Source of the DNA: an uncultured virus (IMG/VR IMGVR_UViG_3300032223_003290)
Lineage: Duplodnaviria > Heunggongvirae > Uroviricota > Caudoviricetes
IMG/VR virus record: IMGVR_UViG_3300032223_003290
DNA: 20,000 bases
Strand: one strand, 5' to 3'
This document shows positions 7,941 to 16,600 of the stretch, one piece after another. The translations under genes and the position numbers were made by a program. The notes under the pieces were generated by a model. That model had not been told where the DNA came from. It did not search any database and worked only from the letters and a program-made list of their open reading frames with translations. How positions within the stretch are numbered: position 1 is the first letter of the stretch; each line of letters begins with the position of its first letter.

Positions 7941-7966
7941 ATAATCTACAACGACGTAGATTATTT
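7941..7966. terminator. Hairpin between the convergent peptide and helicase genes
   Basis: ATAATCTAC (7941-7949) / GTAGATTAT (7956-7964), 9-bp stem overlapping the helicase stop; only a short T run on +. Confidence 0.45.
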
Positions 7967-9727
7967 CAACTCATACATCTTCCAAGCACGTTCATTTTTA
8001 TATACTTTTTTCCTCATATTTACGTGAGATCTTAAATTCTTATGACTTGAAGCAAAATCAATAATAATAGCTTCAGGTTTTCCGTTTTTAATAGAGTCCT
8101 CAACATTTTTACCAACACATCTGAGCACTCTACCCACTTGCTGATAAGTAGTAACTGGTGATGAACTTGTACCAGCCAATATCAAGCAAGCAATTTTTGG
8201 AGCATCAACACCAACATTTGCCCATTGAGTTGCTATCAAGACAATTTCATTATTTTCAACAGCATTAAGCATTCTTCTGCGGTAATTTTTTTCCTCATCT
8301 GATGGGTCTGTTTCGCCTTTATCACCACCAGGAACAAAAACAGCATCTTCAATCATTCCCTCAAGAATATTGCCATGTTCCATTCTTTCAACAAGGATAA
8401 GAGTGGGAATACCTTTTGCTTTCATACCTTCAGCAAATTGCTTAATTCTAAAGTTTCTTTCCCAGCAGTTAACAATATTCAAATTATAAACTTCATGATA
8501 AGTTTGACCAGGTTCTACAGTGTTGATATTTACTACAAAAATCTTGGGTGGTACTAAAAAACCACGTTCGACAAGATCACTAGCACTTACTTCACAGACC
8601 TTGCCACCTAACGTACCTTCAATTCTAATTTCTTGATTGTCTGTGCGAAATGGTGTAGCACTCAAACCTAGCCTATAATATGCGTTTTTTGCCTGATTAC
8701 CTATTTCTTCAGTAACAACAGCAGCTAAGTGTGCTTCATCAATAATCAAAGCATTACAGCATTGAATTACGTTTCTTACTTGGGCTTTTTGAAACAATGT
8801 ATCTTGTCTATTATCCCAAGCTGTTTGTGCCTTCTTATAAGCAGCTAATTCAGTCTTAATCAACAAACTAATTTCACGCTCATATTTTTTACGCAATTTA
8901 TCTGCATCTTTAGTTTGATTTTCTTCTGCTTTTTCAACTTGATCGTATAAATCAGAAAGTTTACCTGATGCTAATTGACGTGCTTTTTTGTATTTTGCTG
9001 TGGCTTCGTCTAATTCTTTTTGAAGAAGTCCAGTAGGTTTGGATCCTTCACCAGTATCTTCTACGATTTTGTTATTGCTTTCCATGTATTTCTTATCAAA
9101 AGCAATAAGCGCAGTTTGGTAAGTAATTACATTGATACCTTCCATATTGATATCGCAAAGACCACCACCAGCAATACCAACTTTGACAGGTTGACCATCA
9201 ATTTTAAGATATTTCTCAAATTCTTTTTGAGTTTGCTTGAGTAATTCAATAGCTGGAACTATAAATACCACTGGCTTTACTTTCAATTTATGAAAGATAT
9301 AACAAGAAGTCATAGTCTTACCGGCACCAGTAGCCAGAGCAAGCATTCCACGTTGATTCTTGAGTGCTAAATCTCCTGAAATCATTTGGTAATCACGAAG
9401 ATCTTTACCCATAAAATCACATTCAATTTTATAATCTCTTGTTGGTTTTATTCTTTTGTCTGTAAATTTGTATTGCAAATTTAATTCATCAAGTAAACGA
9501 GCAACACGCACCGTAAGACCTGTAGGAAATGATTGAGTTCTCTTCACATACAAAGAAATCAAACCATCCCATTGACCAGTCTTGTATTTTGCAGACCATT
9601 CAGAATCTGGAACTTTGTAAGATAATTCGTTTCTCAAAGCCTCTTGGTATGGATAAGGCAATTTACCCATAGGATCATCGTTGTATATGATGACGCTTTT
9701 ATCATTGTAAACTTCTATTTCTACCAT
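7961..9727 (-). CDS. SF2 DEAH-box helicase, UvsW-like
   Basis: KYKTGQWDG N-terminal UvsW-like motif, LRDYQ, ATGAGKT, IIDEAH, GLSATP, GVDAP, QQVGRVLR. Confidence 0.9.
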   Translation of the reverse strand: MVEIEVYNDKSVIIYNDDPMGKLPYPYQEALRNELSYKVPDSEWSAKYKTGQWDGLISLYVKRTQSFPTGLTVRVARLLDELNLQYKFTDKRIKPTRDYKIECDFMGKDLRDYQMISGDLALKNQRGMLALATGAGKTMTSCYIFHKLKVKPVVFIVPAIELLKQTQKEFEKYLKIDGQPVKVGIAGGGLCDINMEGINVITYQTALIAFDKKYMESNNKIVEDTGEGSKPTGLLQKELDEATAKYKKARQLASGKLSDLYDQVEKAEENQTKDADKLRKKYEREISLLIKTELAAYKKAQTAWDNRQDTLFQKAQVRNVIQCCNALIIDEAHLAAVVTEEIGNQAKNAYYRLGLSATPFRTDNQEIRIEGTLGGKVCEVSASDLVERGFLVPPKIFVVNINTVEPGQTYHEVYNLNIVNCWERNFRIKQFAEGMKAKGIPTLILVERMEHGNILEGMIEDAVFVPGGDKGETDPSDEEKNYRRRMLNAVENNEIVLIATQWANVGVDAPKIACLILAGTSSSPVTTYQQVGRVLRCVGKNVEDSIKNGKPEAIIIDFASSHKNLRSHVNMRKKVYKNERAWKMYELK

Positions 9728-9742
9728 TCAACAAGTATACCA
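9728..9742 (-). promoter_or_regulatory. Extended -10 promoter TGnTATACT 6 nt before the helicase ATG
   Basis: Minus strand reads TG G TATACT TGTTGA ATG; no SD. Confidence 0.6.
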
Positions 9743-9748
9743 TTAAGC

Positions 9749-9786
9749 AAAACAACCATTTTCGTGGCGTCACGAAAATGGTTGTT
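9749..9786 (-). terminator. 16-bp perfect hairpin, probable terminator of the upstream - strand operon
   Basis: AACAACCATTTTCGTG (9751-9766) / CACGAAAATGGTTGTT (9771-9786), 4-nt loop; the minus-strand transcript ends ...GTTGTTTTG; lies 16 nt after the stop at 9803. Confidence 0.7.
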
Positions 9787-9802
9787 CAATAAAAAACACT
9801 TC

Positions 9803-10237
9803 TTATCTATGATTCATTGCGTTGAATTTGTTCACAGCAATTTCAATTTGCTTTGGCTTCTTTCCAATAAATGTTTCCAAAGTAGTAAGAACAAGCATAT
9901 GGATCTTGTCAACATCTTCGTCAGAAAGTTGAATTCCTTTTTGAACACATCCTAAACGAATAAATCTTACAAATTGATCTACTGCATCATCTTCTGAAAA
10001 TTCACCATCTTGAATCTTCTTCAAACCTTCAATCCAGATATCTAAAATTCCATCAGCTTTATCACCAAGCTTACTGTGTAATACAAGCTTGATAACCTCG
10101 AGAGTTTGTAATGCTGCAGAACCTTCAGACTTTGATTTTGCCAAGAAAAAGAAGACTACACTTCCAAGAATAAAACAAATTACATAAAGAATAATTTCAT
10201 TCTGTGTATTTTTGAGGAAATGATTAATAAATTCCAT
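9803..10237 (-). CDS. Single-TM membrane protein, LL-H holin-like
   Basis: ATG at 10237 follows AAGGA (144 aa); TM IILYVICFILGSVVFFFLA; helical tail with KGIQLSDEDVD and QIEIAVNKFN recalling LL-H family holins. Confidence 0.45.
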   Translation of the reverse strand: MEFINHFLKNTQNEIILYVICFILGSVVFFFLAKSKSEGSAALQTLEVIKLVLHSKLGDKADGILDIWIEGLKKIQDGEFSEDDAVDQFVRFIRLGCVQKGIQLSDEDVDKIHMLVLTTLETFIGKKPKQIEIAVNKFNAMNHR

Positions 10238-10239
10238 AA

Positions 10240-10458
10240 TTAACAATCCTTTGCGATAACTGTATCATCTTCATCAGATGCATTAGGATCAAGATCCATA
10301 TCTGTGGTTAAAGGAATAACTAATTCATCTTTGATTTGTGCGGTTACAGTTTCTTCTTTCTTTTCATCTGCCCAAACAAGATTATCAGCCATTACTTCTT
10401 CGCCTTCAGCGTTAGTAAACTTTTCGATCTTGCCTGTAGCTCTCTTTACCATACTCAT
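10240..10458 (-). CDS. Small acidic hypothetical protein
   Basis: AAGGAGG SD 8 nt upstream; ATGA overlap with the dnaJ stop; 72 aa. Confidence 0.7.
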   Translation of the reverse strand: MSMVKRATGKIEKFTNAEGEEVMADNLVWADEKKEETVTAQIKDELVIPLTTDMDLDPNASDEDDTVIAKDC

Positions 10459-11438
10459 AACATTTGCCTCCTTTTTCTAGATTCAACATATGATCTTAAA
10501 AATTGGGATTCTTCATCAGAAATTTCTTTAGGAACTTTATACATTATTTTGAGGTGAAGATCAGAATAAGTATCATTTGAAGTTGGAATACCTTTATTTT
10601 TAATTATATGCACATAACCATTTTTCACACTGCTACTGAATTTAAAATTTAATTTATTTCCATTTACGTGTGTATATTTAAATTCAGGATCTATTAAAGC
10701 CATTACTGGATCAATTTCGTATTCATGGATAAGATTTAAATTTTGATCAATTTCAAATCTATCTCTGGCTTTAGTGATTACTTCAACAATAAGTGGTCCT
10801 GGAGCTTGATGTATATCTCCATGATTTCCTCTGCCCTGAATCATCGTAGATCTATAAACATGGCCTTTGTTTATTGTAAGATCAAAATTTTCAAACATTT
10901 TTACAAAACCAGATCCATTACAATAACTGCAAAATGAATCAAATTTTTCACCACGGCCATAACAACTTCCGCACGGGCCAGCATAATTTCTAACGTGCAT
11001 AAACCCGAGATTTTGAACTATATAGTGTTCACCTGATCCCATACAATCCATACAAACACTAGCGCTGCCACTTCCACCAATCCCAGAACATGCTCCGCAA
11101 GGTGTCAAACGTTCGTAATTAAGTGTTTTGACCACATTTTTGTAAATTTCTTCTAATTCTAACTCAATAGTTACTGTTATAGGAGTATTTAAATTTCTTC
11201 TAAATGGATTGTGAGCAGTATGTCGAAATGGATTTACTGGTGGGTCAAAATGATGCTGTGGAGGTGGTGGATTTAAAATATCTTCGTAGGCTTGAGATAT
11301 TTCTTTAAACTTTTCTTCTGCACCAGCATCTTTGTTGACATCGGGATGATATTGTTTTGCTAACTTTCTATAAGTTTTTTTAACATCATCTAATGGAGTG
11401 TTGTGTGGCAGACCTAATACATCATAAGGATTGGGCAT
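10455..11438 (-). CDS. dnaJ: DnaJ/Hsp40 co-chaperone with Zn-finger
   Basis: J-domain with [11 protein letters not shown]; four CxxCxGxG repeats ([32 protein letters not shown]); C-terminal domain (G.G...PGPL, KGIP...DL). Confidence 0.93.
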   Translation of the reverse strand: MPNPYDVLGLPHNTPLDDVKKTYRKLAKQYHPDVNKDAGAEEKFKEISQAYEDILNPPPPQHHFDPPVNPFRHTAHNPFRRNLNTPITVTIELELEEIYKNVVKTLNYERLTPCGACSGIGGSGSASVCMDCMGSGEHYIVQNLGFMHVRNYAGPCGSCYGRGEKFDSFCSYCNGSGFVKMFENFDLTINKGHVYRSTMIQGRGNHGDIHQAPGPLIVEVITKARDRFEIDQNLNLIHEYEIDPVMALIDPEFKYTHVNGNKLNFKFSSSVKNGYVHIIKNKGIPTSNDTYSDLHLKIMYKVPKEISDEESQFLRSYVESRKRRQML

Positions 11439-11451
11439 ACAATAATTATAC
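11439..11451 (-). promoter_or_regulatory. -10 box TATAAT 6 nt before the dnaJ ATG (candidate leaderless promoter)
   Basis: Minus strand reads G TATAAT TATTGT ATG; no SD; the hexamer contains the upstream gene's TAA. Confidence 0.5.
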
Positions 11452-12120
11452 TAATTTAGACAGCATATTAGTGATTTTGTTTGATGGACATACTGAATTT
11501 TCCCCAACTCCAATGTCAGCATGTTGGCCAGTAACACCCATAACAGTGCCAATAACTAGATTGTCTGTACCAATAACCATACCACCAGATGAACCTTCTA
11601 AAATATCAGCATCTACAAAAATAATATCATTCCAAGCTGGCATATTGGGGTCATTTATTGTCTGATGTAAATTAGATATTCTGCCAACCGTTGCAGTGTC
11701 GTGAAAACCTTCTGGAGAACCAATGACAGCAACAATATCACCAACTTCTACAACATCACTATTAGCAAATTGTAAGGCTGGAATATTATTAGGAATTCTT
11801 TCTGCTCTAATTGCTCCTGAATCAATTTCTGGATTAGAAGTTAAAAAAGTGGCTGGAATAAAATTTTTATTATCAAATGTGACAAGAATTTCTGTCAAAG
11901 TTTGATCTGATGGAACAACATGCCCAGCAGTGACAATAATGTTGTTTCCAATGTGGAATCCGCTTCCAGACCAGTTTTTCTTTCCAGATCTCACATAAAT
12001 TGAACAAGAAGATTGAAGCCCTAATTGTATTGTTTTTTTAATTGGGTCTTCAATCTTTTCTGCGCTTTGGCTAGTCTTTATTAAACTATCCAAATAGTTA
12101 ACATCTAATTTAAAATTCAT
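11446..12120 (-). CDS. Trypsin-like (HtrA/DegP-type) serine protease, no PDZ domain
   Basis: GSGF, TAGHVV (His), EIDSG (Asp), GD.V..IGSPEG...T.T.G.IS, DA.I..GSSGG (Ser). Confidence 0.9.
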   Translation of the reverse strand: MNFKLDVNYLDSLIKTSQSAEKIEDPIKKTIQLGLQSSCSIYVRSGKKNWSGSGFHIGNNIIVTAGHVVPSDQTLTEILVTFDNKNFIPATFLTSNPEIDSGAIRAERIPNNIPALQFANSDVVEVGDIVAVIGSPEGFHDTATVGRISNLHQTINDPNMPAWNDIIFVDADILEGSSGGMVIGTDNLVIGTVMGVTGQHADIGVGENSVCPSNKITNMLSKLV

Positions 12121-12575
12121 TGTATTACTTTGTACAAAATGTCTTTTTCTTCGACAGTTCCAAATCTTCTACTATCATCTGACTCGCCCAAATTATCACC
12201 AATAAGATAAAAGTGTTTTTTTGGAACTTTCATTTCCATCATATAAGTATCTTCATGATTCTTTGTTTCCAAAATATGACGATACGAATTGTCAATAATC
12301 AGCTCAAATACTCCACGCTTTTTGAACGTATAGTAATAATATTCTTGTGGAGTATATAATATTCTTTTAACAATCAAAGTTCTATCATCACTCAAAGCAA
12401 CTACAACATCACTTTTTTTGAAATCTTTAGTTTTTTTAGCTAACACAATTTGACCATTCTTATAAGTTGGCATCATAGATCTTCCAACCACAACGACCAA
12501 TTTGTAAGGCTGTAAATATGCCAATAGTAACAAGATACAACCAATTACCAAAGAAACAGTTAATCTCTTTTTCAT
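12117..12575 (-). CDS. lepB: Signal peptidase I (S26A)
   Basis: N-terminal TM; GRSMMPT (Ser), IVKRI (Lys), GDN..ESDDSRRFG; GAGGTG SD. Confidence 0.9.
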   Translation of the reverse strand: MKKRLTVSLVIGCILLLLAYLQPYKLVVVVGRSMMPTYKNGQIVLAKKTKDFKKSDVVVALSDDRTLIVKRILYTPQEYYYYTFKKRGVFELIIDNSYRHILETKNHEDTYMMEMKVPKKHFYLIGDNLGESDDSRRFGTVEEKDILYKVIQ

Positions 12576-12636
12576 GCTTCACCTCTTGTAATAAAAGGAG
12601 CTGAAGACATTTCTTTTTTTAGCTTTTTGCTCGATG

Positions 12637-13599
12637 TTAAGATTTTTTAACAGTGATAGTTGACCAATCAATATTTGCAAGTTTAGGAACACCAGGGCCC
12701 CAGTCTTGTTCTTCTCCAGGTTGAACGTGAGCATTTTGTAAACTTGAAATATTTTTCAATGCAATCATCATATCTTCTTGACAAAATTGATTACCAAATT
12801 CTGGAAGAAGATTTTGATTTTTCAATGCAGCTTTTATCAGAGCACAAATACCAGCAACAAATGGTGATGCTTGGCTTGTACCTGACATTTTACAGTAGTT
12901 ATTATTCAAGTGAGTTGAATATATATTAGTGCCTGGAGCAACAATATCCACTGTAAAATCTCTTGAAGTGAAAGTGGCTAAATTTCCACTTTCATCTAAT
13001 GCAGCCACGGCAATAACTTCATCGTATCTTGCTGGGTAATTTACTGCGTGAGAATCATTTCCGGCTGCTGCAACTACAACAATGCCCTTAGAAACTGCTT
13101 CTTTAATTAAGTCGTGAATCGATGTTGGTGGTTCAGATGGTGCGCCTAATGACATGTTAATGATGTCTACATTTAAATCAATTGCTTTTCTCAATCCAGC
13201 AGCAATTGTGTCATAACTTCCACCACCGCTATTATCTAAAACTCTTATAGCATATACTTTAGCTTTAGGAGCAACACCAACTACACCAAAATCATTGTCA
13301 GATCCAGCAATAATTCCAGCAACATGAACACCATGACCACTGCCTTGATCATTTACACTGGCTTCTGATGTACAGTTTATAGCCTCAGCAGAATTCCAAG
13401 CTTCTTTTAGATCATCATGTTCTGAAAATCCAGTATCTAGAACTGCAACTTTGATACCTTCACCTTGCTTTGAAACTTGCCAAACGTCTTGAATGTTTGC
13501 TAGAGCCATACCCCAGTTTTGAGTCTGCGATAATGCTGCAAACGGAACCGATACAACTTTTAAGTCTTCATCAGGAATAAATTGAATTTTATCTTGCAT
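12637..13599 (-). CDS. Subtilisin-family (S8) serine protease without signal peptide
   Basis: VAVLDTG (Asp), HGVHVAG (His), AAAGN, SGTSQASP (Ser). The listed GTG at 13608 is part of the GAGGTG SD, so ATG 13599 is preferred (320 aa). Confidence 0.93.
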   Translation of the reverse strand: MQDKIQFIPDEDLKVVSVPFAALSQTQNWGMALANIQDVWQVSKQGEGIKVAVLDTGFSEHDDLKEAWNSAEAINCTSEASVNDQGSGHGVHVAGIIAGSDNDFGVVGVAPKAKVYAIRVLDNSGGGSYDTIAAGLRKAIDLNVDIINMSLGAPSEPPTSIHDLIKEAVSKGIVVVAAAGNDSHAVNYPARYDEVIAVAALDESGNLATFTSRDFTVDIVAPGTNIYSTHLNNNYCKMSGTSQASPFVAGICALIKAALKNQNLLPEFGNQFCQEDMMIALKNISSLQNAHVQPGEEQDWGPGVPKLANIDWSTITVKKS

Positions 13600-13605
13600 T
13601 TTGTT

Positions 13606-13623
13606 CACCTCGATACAAGTATA
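13606..13623 (-). promoter_or_regulatory. -10 box TATACT plus SD ahead of the subtilase
   Basis: Minus strand reads TATACT TGTATC GAGGTG AACAAA ATG. Confidence 0.45.
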
Positions 13624-13652
13624 TTATTAGTTATATAATTTTCCTAATTCCT

Positions 13653-16600
13653 TTACAAAATATGAAGAATTTGACTTTCAATAGGTGTTCCATATGTTGT
13701 TCCATCGTAAGGTTTAACAATAAATGATATTGCCATATTTTTAAGAACAACTGCCGGATTCAATAAAGGCCCCTGAGCAATTAAATTAGATACACCATTT
13801 GTCCATTCATGCCATTCAATAGAAGATAAATCTGTACTGCCATTAAAATTGTAATATGCTTGAAGAACACTATTGGCAGAAATTTTATTATCAGTTATTG
13901 TATTTGTAGACTTTATTTGAACATCGTAAACATAAGGTGCTGATAAAGTTTTGACTATAATTGGTTGAGATGTATACGTAATTCCATAGTCAAAATTATC
14001 ATTCGGTTCAAGAGTAACATAAACTAAATCATTTAATTTGAAATAATCATTTGCGGCACTTAAGTCTGCTTTTCTTTGAACTAATCTATCTCTATAATTA
14101 GGAGTTGAATCTAATTCTACAGTAGTTGTTCCGCCACCAGATGTTCTAGTTCTATACCATCTTGTTCTTGGTTTGTATTGTTGATTATCAGAAATATATT
14201 TATAATCAATATACATTCTTGAAGCACTAGCAATTTGAATTGTTGAGCCAATAGAAGTGTAAGATACATCAGAATTTAAGGCCAAACTTTCTGCTTTCAA
14301 TGAAGGAATATTGGTATTCAAATAATGAGAATAAACATTTGAATTTGCTTTACCGCTATGTGTAAATTCAAAATTATAAGTTGTTGAAGCAGTAGATGAA
14401 TATGTTTCTACCTTCAATCCCAATCTGTAATTTGAACTTTGCAAAATAAACAAAGTTATAATATCACTTGAAGATCTATCAGTATCAAATATAATTTTTC
14501 CATTATATCTATCTAATTTGTATCCACCACGAACAATATTATTATTTACAAGGACTACAGCTTTGCTATCTTCAGGCCATCTTCCATTAACAGCGTAATA
14601 ATGTTTGTAATCAGTAGAAACAGTACCTTCGCCATATGCTTCGTATCTTGTTCCTTCTCTACTAATTGAAACTTGAACATTGTTTCCTAAAAGCACTTCT
14701 TGTTTGAAAATTATAGTCCCATTTACATTATCAATGGTGTAATTATTTGGATCCACTAGAGAAGAATTTAAATAAACTTCAACTGTATCTGTCAATAACC
14801 AAGTGAATCTTTCGTTCTCGTAAAAGGCAAAATAAGTCAAATTATTATTAGATGATTTGATGCAAGTTAACTTCTCATAAAAAGCAGAATTCGTGTATTT
14901 GTATGAACGTTGTCTTGAAGCAATAATTCCATTGTTGTTTCTGATTAATTCTTCGTAATCATTCCAATTTGTGCTATTACCTTTACAAATACCCCAAGTC
15001 AATTTTGCTTTATCAGTGTCAGAATAATCTGTTGAAAGAATGTATTCAAAAATATCATCTGTGGAAGTAAGGGCAGTGGTGAACAAATAATTGACAGCTG
15101 GAGATACTTCTGTGTAATATAATTGGCTGACATATGGAGATACAGGAAGGCTTGTAGAGTTATTCCATCCTTCTGTCATATCAATTTGAAAACTTAAATT
15201 TGTAACTTCCTTATTAAGTGTAGATGTGGATGTCAATGTAATCCAATCACTATAGTTCTTTTTATCAGTGGAATATTTGTATTTGACTGTGCAAGAACTA
15301 TCTACACTTTGACCTGTAGAAACTGTGTATGCTGTAGTAATTGATTTTATAAATTTAGGAGTATCAAATTCTACTGATTTAGCCCAAGAACCAGCAAATA
15401 ATGTATGAGATCCACCATGCAATAAAGCAGTGGTAATACCCGACCAATACGAACTAGAAGCATCAAAATACAATCCTTCTGTATTTTTAACTAATTGTCT
15501 TAAGCTTCCAGTATTTGTTTTATCATCAACACCAAATGCAACTAATTTTGTGCCACGATTATTCCAACTATAATTTATATTATCTTCAATGCTTTTTAAG
15601 GAAACTGTCGTATTATTATCAGCATCAGAAACAACAAATGTTAACGGAATATATGAACTAGCCAATATATCAATTTTTTGTTTTGTATCTACAGAACTGT
15701 TTGGAATTGCTGCTGGTTGCTGTCCAATCAAAGCATATTCAAGACAGTCATAAAGATTACTATTTTCGCCATTAAGCTTCAAAGAACCAATAATAGATGT
15801 GATTGCTGTACCTGCATTTGTAAAGCCACTTCCGGTTTCGTGTTTAATAGAAGTGCCAAAAGTCCATAAATCAACATATGACAATTGGCCATTTGAAGGT
15901 TTGTTTGTTCTATTAAGAATATTTGTAAGAAGATTATTAAAACCACTTACAAACCCTGATGACATTTGCATAGAAGCAGAATTATCAAAAACAGTAGAAA
16001 TAATAAATTTTGGTTCTAGATATAAATAACCATCATTTTTAGAAGTAACACCTTTGCCAGCACCACTATTCCAATTTACTTTGGTATTATCATAGTTGCC
16101 AACAGGGACAATAGTTTCTGTTGGAGCATATGCATTATCGTAGTGTGCTTGGAAGAAGAAATCATAACTTGTGCTTATTCCAGACCAACTAATAGCATTT
16201 GAACTTGTATATCCATATCCAGAATACGGATTGCTTGTAGATGCTTTTTTCCACTTAAATATAGGAACGGAGCTTGCAGTTTCTTTGATAACAAGGGCTA
16301 AAGTTGTTGATCCTGTTCCTGGTATATCTAATGCACTTGTAAGATTGAAACTTGTAAATCCACCAACATTTACACTAGAAGATGTAATTGGACTTGAAGC
16401 AGCCAATTGAGTTTGTGGTTTAGTATTAGTGTCAACAGAATAAACGTATGCAGTCAGAGTTGTATTAGCTAAGCTGTTATTGTAAGAAGAATTGGAAAGA
16501 TTATCTTGCTCTCTGATTGATAAGAATGCAGAAACTTTTGATATCGTGTTTGCTGTTGATGATGTAGTGAAAGTTTGTGCTAAATATCCAACAGAACCAC

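Noticed and set aside
8783..9100. Intein in the helicase
   Set aside because: No intein-type N-terminal block, no HN-C/S/T end and no LAGLIDADG motif; the composition is coiled-coil-like.
9340..9370. CIRCE half-site GAGTGCTAA (9362-9370)
   Set aside because: It lies inside the helicase CDS with no TTAGCACTC at 9-bp spacing; no CIRCE was seen upstream of dnaK or dnaJ.
7801..9786. CRISPR array or transposon/MITE ends suggested by the inverted repeats
   Set aside because: The hairpins are single and unrelated in sequence; no repeat-spacer periodicity, cas or transposase genes.
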